A DNA stretch of 64,000 nucleotides from Ranitomeya imitator (lineage: Eukaryota): assembly GCF_032444005.1 (NCBI RefSeq), contig NC_091283.1, positions 715,108,001 to 715,172,000 on the forward strand, written 5' to 3'. The notes below the pieces were generated by a model. That model saw nothing but the letters and a program-made list of their open reading frames with translations, searched no databases and had not been told where the DNA came from. Position 1 is the first letter of the stretch, and each line of letters starts with the position of its first letter. Of the stretch, positions 24,646-35,958 are shown piece after piece. A program made the translations under genes and the position numbers.

Positions 24646-26508
24646 TAGTGTTGAGCATTCCGATACCGCAAGTATCGGGTATCGGCCGATACTTGCGGTA
24701 TCGGAATTCCGATACCGAGATCCGATACTTTTGTGATATCGGGTATCGGTATCGGATACATAGGGATCTGTAAAATAAAGAATAAAAATAAAAAATATTG
24801 ATATATTTACCTCTCCGGCGGCCCCTGGACTCAGCGCGGGTAACCGGCAGGCTTCGTTGTTCAAAATCAGCGCTTTTAGGACCTGAGAATCACGTCCCGG
24901 CTTCTGATTGGTCGCAGGCCGCCCATGTGACCGCCACGCGACCAATCACAAGCCGCGACGTCACCGCAAGCTATTGACGCGCTCATTTTTAAAAATGAGC
25001 GCGTTAATGGCTTTGAAAGACATAGCGGCTTGTGATTGGTCGCGTGGCCGCGACCAATCACAAGCCGCAACGTCACCGCAAGCTATTGACGCGCTCATTT
25101 TTAAAAATGAGCGCGTCAATAGCTTGCGGTGACGTCGCGGCTTGTGATTTGTCGCGGCCACGCGACCAATCACAAGCCGCTATGTCTTTCAAAGCCATTA
25201 ACGCGCTCATTTTTAAAAATGAGCGCGTCAATAGCTTGCGGTGACGTCGCGGCTTGTGATTGGTCGCGGCCACGCGACCAATCACAAGCCGCTATGTCTT
25301 TCAAAGCCATTAACGCGCTCATTTTTAAAAATGAGCGCGTCAATAGCTTGCGGTGACGTCGCGGCTTGTGATTGGTCGCGGCCACGGTCACATGGGCGGC
25401 CCGCGACCAATCAGAAGCCGGGACGTGATTCTCAGGTCCTAAAAGCGCTGATTTTGAACAACGAAGCCTGCCGGTTACCCGCGCTGAGTTCAGGGGCCGC
25501 CGGAGAGGTAAATATATCAATATTTTTTATTTTTATTCTTTATTTTACACCTCCCTATGGATCCCAGGGCCTGAAGGAGAGTTTCCTCTCCTTCAGACCC
25601 TGGGAACCATGAGAATACCTTCCAATACTTGATGTCCCATTGACTTGTATTGGTATCGGATATCGGTATCGGCGATATCCGATATTTTTCGGGTATCGGC
25701 CGATACTATCCGATACCGATACTTTCAAGTATCGGACGGTATCGCTCAACACTGTTGTGAATTCTGTGGCTGAGTTCACTTCTGTGGTCACAAGTGGTAT
25801 TGCAGTCTCTGGGCTTCCTCCCTCAGGTGTTTTGGTGAGCTCGTTGGCTGCCTTGCTATTTAGCTCCACCTGAGTCTGTCTTCCTTGCTCCTTGTCAATG
25901 TTCCAGTGTTGGATCTGAGCTACTGCATCTTTCCTTGGGCCTGCTGCTCTGCTAGATAAGTGCTTCTAGTTTGTTTTCTGTTTTTTCTGTCCAGCTTGCT
26001 ATTAACTTTTGCTGGAAGCTCTGAGAAGCAAAGGGGTGCTCCGCCGTGCTGTTAGTTCGGCACGGTGGGTCTTTTTGCCCCTTTGCGTGGTTTTCGTTTT
26101 AGGGTTTTTTGTAGACTGCATAGTTCTCTTTGCTATCCTCGCTCTGTCTAGAATATCGGGCCTCACTTTGCTGAATCTATTTCATTCCTACGTTTGTCTT
26201 TTCATCTTGCTAACAGTCATTATATGTGGGGGGCTGCCTATTCCTTTGGGGTATTTCTCTGAGGTAAGTCAGGCTTGTATTTCTATCTTCAGGCTAGTCA
26301 GCTCCTCAGGCAGTGTCGAGTTGCATAGGTAGTGATAGGCGCAATCCACTGCTGCTTATAGTTGTGTGAGGATAGATCAGGTACTGCAGTCTACAGAGAT
26401 TCCACGTGTCAGAGCTCGTCCTATTGTTTTTGGTTATTGCCAGATCTCTGTATGTGCGCTGATTACTGCACGCTGTGTTGCCTGATTGCCGGCCATAACA
26501 CAACACTA
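24646..26508. mobile_element. Non-autonomous hAT element (TAGTGTTGAGC termini)
   Basis: 8-bp TSD CTGACTAG at 24638-24645 and 26509-26516. Palindromic interior with alternating hairpin units of about 112 bp. The right TIR is interrupted by a solo LTR. Confidence 0.92.
25753..26500 (+). mobile_element. Solo LTR, related to the LTRs of the 42041-47791 provirus
   Basis: TGTTGTGAATTCTGTGGCTG ... CATAACA, with a 6-bp TSD CAACAC at 25747-25752 and 26501-26506. Confidence 0.92.
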
Positions 26509-29195
26509 CTGACTAGCCAACCATTAAATTTAGAAATTCTTTCTTCATTACTGTGTAGTGTAAAGAACAAACATATATGGAGTCTAAATAACCTCTACAG
26601 TCACTTCAATAGAGATACCTCTTGTTTTAAAAATATATACATGAAAAAATGGGAATCAGACCTCAACATTTCTTTACAAGTTGAGCAATGGGACAAGGCC
26701 ATTAAGGATACATACATGTCTACCATTTCAATGGCTCTACAGGAGTCCTACTTCAAGGTGATCACACGTTGGTACTACACACCAATTAGACTTGCGCATA
26801 TATATCACGATCACTCTCCTTTGTGCTGGAGGAAGTGCGGATATCAAGGAAATCTTTTTCATCTTTTTTGGGGCTGCCCGAAAATAAAACCTCTATGGTC
26901 AAAAGTTTCATTTCATATTAATTTATTTGTTAAAAATTTTGTGATTACTCCCCAGAGGGCTCTCCTTTCTCTGGACATGGAAGGAATTGATCCTCAGGTC
27001 AAATACATCCTAATACATATATTTCTAGTAGTCAAAAGTACAATTGCACTCTGGTGGAAAAAATCAGATTCACCCAGCTTTACAGATATTCTGGATAAAA
27101 TCTATCAGCATAGTGCATTAGAATGGAGATTTGCTGCCAACACCAATGGTATTAGAAAATATCTGAAAAAATGGAAGATTTGGAATGACAAGTTTTGTAA
27201 AGAGTAAATCTCTTGTAGTCATGCAAAGTGGATAAAGATTGTCACTTTATATCTCTTTCCAATGCATTGCATAAGAAACATTGTAGTATATTCTATTCAA
27301 AAGATCATATTTAATGTCTTTTTTTTCTTGTCTATTCGAGATTGATATTTGGTTCTCTAATTATATTGATTCCCTTTTCCCTCACCCTTTTTTTTTTTTT
27401 TTTCCTTTCTCCAATGTTAACCCCTTCCCCATCTTCCCTTCCCTTTATCCCCTACCATTTCTTATGCAAAATTTCAATAAAAATATTTAAAAAGAAAAAA
27501 TGATTTTAAAATCCGCAATGTTGGCCTACTGAAATGTATATTCAATAAATGCACTCAATACTTGGTCGGGGCTCCTTTGGCATCAATTACTGCATCAATG
27601 CGGCATGGCATGGAGGCGATCAGTCTGTTGCATTGCTGAAGTGTTATGGAAGTCCAGGTTGCTTTTATAGCAGCCTTCAGCTCCTCTGCATTGTGGGGTC
27701 TGGAGTCCTCTTGACAATATCCCATAGATTCTCTATGGGGTAAAAGTCAGGTGAGTTTGCTGGCCAATCAAGCACAGTGATACTGTTGTTTTTAAACCAG
27801 GTATTGGTACTTTTGGCAGTGTGGACAGGTGCCAAGTCCTAATGGAAAGTGAAATCTCCATATCCAAAAAGATTGTCAGCAGAGGGAAGCATGAAGTGTT
27901 CTTAAATTTCCTTGTATATGCCTGCTCTGACTTTAGTCTTGATAAAACACAGTGTACCTACACCAGCAGATTACATGGCCCCCAAACTATCACTGATTGT
28001 GGAAACTTCACACTAGACCTCAAGCAGCTTGGATTGTGTCCTCTCCACTCATCCTCCAGACTCTGGGACCTTGATTTCCAAGGTCTATTGTGAAGTATCC
28101 ACAATCAATGATGGTTTTGGGAGCCATGTCATCTGCTAGTGTAGGTCCATTGTGCTTGATTGGCCAGCAAACTCACCTGACCTTAACCTCATAGAGAATC
28201 TACGGTGTATTGTCAAGAGGAAGATGAGACACCAGACCCAACAATGCAGATGAGCTGAAGGCTGCTATCAAAGCAACCTGGGCTTCCATAACACCTCAGC
28301 AGTGCCACAGACTGATCGCCTCCATGCCACACAGCATTGATGTAGTAATTGACGCAAATGGAGCCCCGACCAAGTATTGAGTGCATTTGCTGAACATATA
28401 TTTCAGTAGGCCAACATTTCGAATTTTAAAATCATTTTTTTAAGCTGGGGTTATAAAGTATTCTAATTTACTGAGATGATGCTTTTGGGTTTTCATTGGC
28501 TGTAATCCATAATCATCAACATTAACAGAAATGAACACTTGAAATAGATCACTCTGTTTGTAATGACTCTATATAATATGTGAGTTTCACTTTTTGTATT
28601 AAAGAACTGAAATAAATTAACTTTTTGATGATATTCTAATTTTGTGATATGCACCTGTAAAACCAATGGCGATATTCAAAATTACAACTCGTCCCACAAA
28701 AAAAGCCCTTATATGCCCATATTGATGGAAAATAAAAAAGTTATGACTCTGGGAAGAACAGGAGCAGGAGCAAAACACAAATGCAAAGAAGGAAAATTGC
28801 CCCAGGGTGAAGGGGTTAATGAATCTACAGTGTTGTTCTGTATGCCCTGCATGGGAATAGTTCTTATGCATTGCATGGTAATATTAGCTTTAGCTCACCA
28901 TTTAATCACTGCAAAGAGGACATTTGGGTAATGTCCCCACATTAATGCAGCAGTCTGAGCCATCTGTATTCTGTGATAGTTCCAATTATCTAAATTGTGC
29001 ATTATGTGCTATTTGGGCTATTAGGAGATCACACCTTGGGATATGCTGACTTTAAATAGGACAAGTCACTCAGATGACAGCTCCACTTTAAACCCTTAGG
29101 ATATCTACAAAATATTAGTGATCAAAGCTACAGAGACCATAAAAGCTGAAAACACTGAAATGATGTTGTGCTCTATTTTTCTGAACTTGTTACAG

Positions 29196-29285
29196 GTGTC
29201 TGAGAGAGTCCGAGTTCTGGTGACAGATGCCAATGATGAGAGCCCAGAGTTTCTCAACACACCTTACATTGTGACTGTTCTTGAG
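29196..29285 (+). CDS. CDHR1: CDHR1 coding exon (90 bp; EC1-EC2 linker)
   Basis: TTGTTACAG acceptor, GAG|GTACAG donor. Encodes VSERVRVLVTDANDESPEFLNTPYIVTVLE, including the DxND calcium-binding motif. Confidence 0.95.
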
Positions 29286-30359
29286 GTACAGTTAAACTCC
29301 TTTCATAGGTTTCTTGGTGGGCTGAAACTACGTTTTTTAATCAGATTTCAGTGTCTATGAATGTGTAGGAAATATTCAAACTAAAAGCTGTTCCTAGAAC
29401 AATAAGGGAGTGTGTTTTCATGGTCTATCAATAGACTTTGTCAATTTTCCTTAACCCCTTCCCGACCCATGACGCCACGTAGGCGTCATGAAAGTCGGTG
29501 CCATTCCGACCCATGACGCCTATGCGGCGTCATGGAAAGATCGCGTCCCTGCAGATCGGGTGAAAGGGTTAACTCCCATTTCACCCGATCTGCAGGGACA
29601 GGGGGAGTGGTAGTTTAGCCCAGGGGGGGTGGCTTCACCCCCTCGTGGCTACGATCGCTCTGATTGGCTGTTGAAAGTGAAACTGCCAATCAGAGCGATT
29701 TGTAATATTTCACCCATTATAATGGGTGAAATATTACAATCCAGCCATGGCCGATGCTGAAATATCATCGGCCATGGCTGGAAATACTAGTGTGCCCCCA
29801 CCCCACCCCTCCGATCGCCCCCCCCACCCCCCCGATCTGGCCGGTACACTGCTCCGGCTCCCCTCCGTCCAGTGCTCCGCTCCCCCCCGTGCTCGTGTCC
29901 GCTCCCCCCGTGCTCCAATCACCCCCCCGTGCTTCAATCACCCCCCCTGCACTCCGATCCACCCCCCCGTGCTCCGTTCCACCCCCCCGTGCTCCGTTCC
30001 AGCCCCCCCGTGCTCCGTTCCACGCCCCCCGCGCTCCGTTCCACCCCTCCCGCACTCCGATTACCCCCCCCCGTGCTCCGATCCCCCCCCCCGTAATCCC
30101 CTCCACCCTATCATACTTACCGATCCAGCCGTGGTCCCGTCCGTCTTCTCCCGGGCGCCGCCATCTTCCAAAATGGCGGGCGCATGCGCAGTGCGCCCGC
30201 CGAATCTGCCGGCCGGCAGATTCGTTCCAAAGTGCATTTTGATCACTGAGATATGATCTATCTCAGTGATCAAAATAAAAAAAATAATAAATGACCCCCC
30301 CCCCTTTGTCACCCCCACAGGTAGGGACAATAAAAAAATAAAGACATTTTTTTTTTTCC

Positions 30360-30543
30360 NNNNNNNNNNNNNNNNNNNNNNNNNNNNNNNNNNNNNNNNN
30401 NNNNNNNNNNNNNNNNNNNNNNNNNNNNNNNNNNNNNNNNNNNNNNNNNNNNNNNNNNNNNNNNNNNNNNNNNNNNNNNNNNNNNNNNNNNNNNNNNNNN
30501 NNNNNNNNNNNNNNNNNNNNNNNNNNNNNNNNNNNNNNNNNNN
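30360..30543. other. Assembly gap or masked run (184 N)
   Basis: Read directly from the sequence. Confidence 0.99.
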
Positions 30544-30883
30544 GTATTCTGGTCCTCTGCGGATTTTTCCGCTGCGGATTTGATAAATCCGCAGTGCTAA
30601 ACTGCTGCGGATTTATGGCGGATTTACCGCGTTTTTTTCTGCGCATTTCACTGCGGTTTTACAATTGCGATTTTCTATTGGAGCAGTTGTAAAACCGCTG
30701 CGGAATCCGCACAAAGAAGTGACATGCTGCGGAATGTAAACCGCTGCGTTTCCGTGCAGTTTTTCCGCAGCATGTGTACAGCGATTTTTGTTTCCCATAG
30801 GTTTACATTGAACTGTACACTCATGGGAAACTGCTGCGGATCCGCAGCGTTTTCCGCAGCGTGTGCACATACCTTTAGAATTA

Positions 30884-31227
30884 GGCTATGTGCACACGGT
30901 GCGGATTTGGCTGCGGATTCGCAGCAGTGTTCCATCAGGTTTACAGTACCATGTAAACATATGAAAAACCAAATCCGCTGTGCCCATGGTGCGGAAAATA
31001 CCGCGCGGGAACGCTGCGTTGTATTTTCCGCAGCATGTCAATTCTTTGTGCGGATTCCGCAGCGTTTTACACCTGTTCCTCAATAGGAATCCGCAGGTGA
31101 AATCCGCACAAAAAACACTGGAAATCCGCGGAAAATCCGCAGGTAAAACACAGTGCCTTTTACCCGCAGATTTTTCAAAAATGGTGCGGAAATATCTCAC
31201 ACGAATCCGCAACGTGGGCACATAGCC
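30884..31227. mobile_element. PIF/Harbinger-like MITE; a second copy ends at about 30874
   Basis: TTA|GGCTATGTGCACACG ... CGTGGGCACATAGCC|TTA. The upstream neighbour ends GTGTGCACATACCT|TTA. Confidence 0.85.
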
Positions 31228-31400
31228 TTAGGGTTAGGGTTGGAATTAGGGTTGTGGTTAGGGTTAGGGGTGTGTTGGGGTTAGTGTTGTGGTTAGGGGT
31301 GTGTTGGGGTTAGGGTTGTGATTAGGATTATGGCTACAGTTGGGATTAGGGTTAGGGGTGTGTTGGGGTTAGTGTTGGAGTTAGAATTGAGGGGTTACCA
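31228..31400 (+). repeat. Degenerate (TTAGGG)n-like tract inside a transposon
   Basis: TTAGGGTTAGGGTTGGAATTAGGGTTGTGGTTAGGGTTAGGG... Confidence 0.85.
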
Positions 31401-33230
31401 CTGTTTAGGCACATCAGGGGTCTCCAAACGCAACATGGCGCCACCATTGATTCCAGCCAATCTCGTATTCAAAAAGTCAAATGGTGCTCCCTCACTTCCG
31501 AGCCCTGACGTGTGCCCAAACAGTGGTTTACCCCCACATATGGGGTACCTGCATACTCAGGACAAACTGCGCAACAATTACTGGGGTCCAATTTCTCCTG
31601 TTACCCTTGTGAATCTAAAAAAATGCTTGCTAAAACATAATTTTTGAGGAAAGAAAAATGATTTTTTATTTTCACGGCTCTGCGTTGTAAACGTCTGTGA
31701 AGCACTTGGGGGTTCAAAGTGCTCACCACATATCTAGATAAGTTCCTTGGGGGGTCTAGTTTCTAAAATGGGGTCACTTGTGGGGGGTTTCTACTGTTTA
31801 GGCACACCAGGGGCTCTGCAAACGCAACGTGACACCCGCAGACCATTCCATCAAAGTCTGCATTTCAAAAGTCACTACTTCCCTTCTGAGCCCCGACGTG
31901 CGCCCAAACAGTGGTTTACCCCCACATATGGGGTATCAGCGTACTCAGGACAAACTGGACAACAATATTTAGGGTCCAATTTCTCCTATTATCCTTGGCA
32001 AAATAGGAAATTCCAGGCTAAAAAATCATTTTTGAGGAAAGAAAAATTATTTTTTATTTTCATGGCTCTGCGTTATAAACTTCTGTGAAGCACCTGGGGG
32101 TTTAAAGTGCTCAATATGCATCTAGATAAGTTCCTTGGGGGGTCTAGTTTCCAAAATGGGGTCACTTGTGGGGGAGCTCCAATGTTTAGGCACACAGGGG
32201 CTCTCCAAACGCGACATGGTGTCCGCTAACAATTGGAGCTAATTTTCCATTCAAAAAGTCAAATGGCGCGCCTTCTCTTCCGAGCCCTGCTGAGTGCCCA
32301 AACAGTGGTTTACCCCCACATATGAGGTATCGGCGTACTCGGGAGAAATTGCCCAACAAATTTTATGATCCATTTTATCCTACTGCCCATGTGAAAATGA
32401 AAAAATTGAGGCGAAAAGAATTTTTTTGTGAAAAAAAATTACTTTTTCATTTTTACAGATCAATTTGTGAAGCACCTGAGGGTTTAAAGTGCTCACTAGG
32501 CATCTAAATTAGTTCCTTGGGGGGTCTAGTTTCCAAAATGGGGTCACTTCTGGGGGAGCGCCAATGTTTAGGCACACAGGAGCTATCCAAACGCGACATG
32601 GTGTCCGCTAACGATGGAAATAATTTTTCATTAAAAAAGTCAAATGGCGCTCCTTCCCTTCCGAGCCTTACCATGTGCCCAAACAGTGGTTTACCTCCAC
32701 ATGTGAGGTATTGGTGTACTCAGGAGAAATTGCCCAACACATTTTAGGATCCATTTTATCCTGTTGCCCATGTGAAAATGAAAAAATTGAGGCTAAAAGA
32801 ATTTTTTTGTGAAAAAAAAGTACTTTTTCATTTTTACGGATCAATTTGTGAAGCACCTGGGGGTTCAAAAATTTTGTTTTATTTTTATGGCTCTGCATTA
32901 TAAACTTCTGTGAAGCCCTTGGTGGGTCAAAGTGCTCACCACACATCCAGATAAGTTCCTTAGGGCGTCTAGTTTCCAAAATGGGGTCACTTGTGGGGGA
33001 GCTCCAATTTTTAGGCACACGGGGGCTCTCCAAACGTGACATGGTGTCCGCTAAAGAGTGGAGCCAATTTTTGATTCAAAAAGTCAAATGGCGCTCCTTC
33101 CCTTCCAAGCCCTGCCGTGCGCCAAAACAGTGGTTTACCCCCACATATGAGGTATCAGCGTACTCAGGACAAATTGGACAACAACTTTCGTGGTTCAGTT
33201 TCTCCTTTTACCTTTGGGAAAATAAAAAAA
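31400..33230. repeat. Tandem array of about 380-440-bp units (about 5 copies)
   Basis: GTTCCTTGGGGGGTCTAGTTTC(C/T)AAAATGGGGTCACTT recurs at about 31742, 32131 and 32512, with a variant at about 32955. Confidence 0.85.
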
Positions 33231-33905
33231 TTGTTGCTAAAAGATAATTTTTGTGACTAAAAAGTTAAATGTTAATTTTTTCCTTCCATGTTGCTTCTGC
33301 TGCTGTGAAGCACCTGAAGGGTTAATAAACTTCTTGAATGTGGTTTTGAGTACCTTGAGGGGTGCAGTTTTTAGAATGGTGTCACTTTTGGGTATTTTCA
33401 GCCATATAGACCCCTCAAACTGACTTCAAATGTGAGGTGGTCCCTAAAAAAAATGGTTTTGTAAATTTCGTTGTAAAAATGACAAATCGCTGGTCGAATT
33501 TTAACCCTTATAACTTCCTAACAAAAAAAAATTTTGTTTCCAAAATTGTGCTGATGTAAAGTAAACATGTGGGAAATGTTATTTATTAACTATTTTGTGT
33601 CACATATCTCTCTGGTTTAACAGAATAAAAATTCAAAATGTGAAAATTGCGAAATTTTCAAAATTTTCGCCAAATTTCCGTGGTTATCACAAATAAATGC
33701 AGAATTGATTGACCTAAATTTACCACTAACATGAAGCCCAATATGTCACGAAAAAACAATCTCAGAACCGCTAGGATCCGTTGAAGCGTTCCTGAGTTAT
33801 TACCTCATAAAGGGACACTGGTCAGAATTGCAAAAAACGGCAAGGTCTTTACGGTCAAAATAGGCTGGGTCTTGAAGGGGTTAAAGGGGATGAACTACTG
33901 TAGTA

Positions 33906-34743
33906 CTGTATATACTTGTGTATAATCCGAGATTTTCAGCACAACTTTTTGTGCTGAAAATACCCCCCTAAGCTTATACACAAGTCAATTGTCCAGAACG
34001 CTGGCGGTGGAGGGGGTGCGGCGCCGGCTAACAGAAGACATCATACTCACCCTCCATCTCTGCATCTTCTTCCCTGTATTTCCCTTATCCCGGCGCCGGT
34101 GGCTCTGCTCAGCTCAGCAGTCACGTGGTACCGCTCATTAAGGTAATGAATATGAACGGGTCTCCACTCCCATGTGCATGGAGCGCATATTCATTACCTT
34201 AACGAGCGGTACCATGTGACCGCTGAGAAGAGGAGAGACACCGGTGCCGGGATAAGGGAGATGCAGGCGCAAGGAGGGTGACTATGATGGGGAGGGGGGC
34301 AATGTGAGCCATGCATACAACCAGGGGAATGGGGGAGCCGAGCCATGGGGGACGGGGGAGCTGAGCCATGGAGGACAAGGGAGCCGAGCCATATGGACTG
34401 GGGGAGCTGAGCAATGCTGGATCGGGGGAGCCATGCATACAACAGGGGAGCCACACATACCATTATAGGACAGGGGGAGCCACATACCAGAACAGGGCAG
34501 GGAGAGCCACATACCAGGACAGGGGGAGCCACACATAGCAGGACAGGACAGGGGGAGCCACATACCAAGACAGGACAGGGGGAGCCATGCATAGCAGGAC
34601 GGGACAGGGGGAGCCACAAACGAGGATGAGGGGGACAATGCATACCTGGCTTATATGCGAGTCAATAAGCTTACCCAGTTTTCCGTGGCAAAAGTAGGTG
34701 CCTCGGCTTATACTTGGGTTGGCTTCTACTCGATTATATACAG
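33906..34743. mobile_element. Tc1/mariner-superfamily (pogo/Tigger-like) MITE with a GA-rich minisatellite
   Basis: TA|CTGTATATACTTG ... CTCGATTATATACAG|TA, with repeated GGGGGAGCCACATACCAGGACA-type units at about 34280-34620. Confidence 0.7.
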
Positions 34744-34998
34744 TACAGTATATAAGTTATCCCCTTATTGATCACTAATGGTGACGTGGTGGAAAAAACA
34801 AAAGCACAAAAATTTAAATTCACAGCGTCAATAAGGGGTTAATAAGAAATTTGAACCACAGTTATTATGATTCCATGGTATTTAAAAAGAGGCGGTGAAG
34901 GGCGTGCTGAAAGTGGCTGGAATCAAAAGGAAATGGAAAATCAGAGCAATTAAATTGTATTATTCCCACAGTGATTACATGTATGTTGTGTTTTCTAG

Positions 34999-35085
34999 GA
35001 CACTCCTTCTGGCAGCAGCATTTTCCAAGTAGAGGCAGTAGACAAAGACACAGGGTCTGGTGGAAGTATTACGTATTTAGTGCAG
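34999..35085 (+). CDS. CDHR1: CDHR1 coding exon (87 bp; EC2)
   Basis: TTTTCTAG acceptor, CAG|GTACTT donor. Encodes [29 protein letters not shown], including the DxD motif. Confidence 0.95.
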
Positions 35086-35958
35086 GTACTTAATTTTTTT
35101 TTACATAAAATATATTTCCTGTTTGATATTTTGTGTGTTTATATGCACATTTTATATGTAACTGTTGTAAAACACATGTTTACCTTAAAAAAAAAAACAG
35201 AAAAATATCTTAGACAAGTTCTGGATAGTTTTATTATTTACTGCAAACATAATTTGTAAGTTGATATTTTTGGTCAGTTAGTAATTTGTTTCTTGTAATA
35301 TGCAGTAGAATATGATTAGTTACTATCTGAAATATCCAAACGCCTTGTAGCTTCAAATTTAAAACAAAAGGAAGATGGTTAAGATGTCACAGTGTGTAAG
35401 AGGTAATGATTCTCCCTGCATAGACTGGCATGTTCAACTTGACATGCCAAGGTGAGGAGACTTTTAAGCCTTGCAATGCTCCTCTGGGAAATATGCAAAT
35501 TGTCTGTTCAGAGAGGAAGTGTGTATTCATCTATATATACAATTTGTGTGCGTGTGAAAAAAAATGCTGCAAAGTAAGGATGTTTTCAGAAATAGAAGTG
35601 TTAATAATTTTTTATTAACTTAAAAAACACAAAATGAATAAACAATGGAAATCTAAATTACATCAATATTTGCAAATTCAATTTTATTTTTTATGCTACT
35701 CTAAATAACAAAAAACAATCAACAGGTATAAAATTACATATCTTTATATCTCTAAATGTTTGCCTGTTATTTGTTTCATACTTGCCATTTTCCTCCAGAC
35801 GTTTAAAATAATTGTAAAATAATTGTAAAATAATGTCTGCCTCAACCTGTGCAGTAAATGTAGAAAGTTGCTTTTTTAGGTAAAATTAGAAAGTCCTTTT
35901 TATTAAAGTGGTTGTACCAAGTTTGGAACTCATCTCCTATCCATTATGCAGGTGATAA

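Larger units (their letters stand above)
24379..27207 (+). pseudogene. L1 ORF2 C-terminal remnant, split by the hAT MITE and solo LTR
   Basis: ...HIQKLLT(S) before 24646 continues as LLTSQPLNLEIL...KWKIWNDKFCKE* after 26509. Confidence 0.85.
23215..27494 (+). mobile_element. L1-clade LINE with a large internal deletion and nested insertions
   Basis: 15-bp TSD AAAAAATGATTTTAA at 23200-23214 and 27495-27509. The 5' end is GAGGGGGGCGTGGCC. The ORF2 C-terminus carries a CCHC (CWRKCGYQGNLFHLFWGC), and AATAAA plus an A-rich tail occur at about 27476. Confidence 0.92.
22927..28657. mobile_element. Tc1-like non-autonomous element with two head-to-head 3' halves, hosting an L1
   Basis: TA|CAGGTGAATCTCACCAAATTAGAATATC ... 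GATATTCTAATTTTGTGATATGCACCTG|TA. DWPANSPD is encoded on both strands (about 27750 and 28160). Confidence 0.88.
22700..28815. mobile_element. piggyBac-like non-autonomous end fragment, split by the Tc1 at 22927-28657 (outermost layer of the nest)
   Basis: Removing the Tc1 rejoins ATATGGTA|AAACCAATGG, matching CATGGTAAAACCAATAG at about 4020 in the related element. The right end is AAGGGG|TTAA at 28810-28819. The left boundary is approximate. Confidence 0.65.
29455..33880. mobile_element. 4.4-kb non-autonomous piggyBac-like element
   Basis: TTAA|CCCCTTC ... GAAGGGG|TTAA. No transposase ORF. Contains a GC-rich core, nested MITEs, a TTAGGG-like tract and tandem units of about 380-440 bp. Confidence 0.85.

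Noticed and set aside
31228-31400. True telomere or chromosome-fusion site
   Set aside because: The tract is short, degenerate, in one orientation and enclosed by the TIRs of a TTAA-flanked element.
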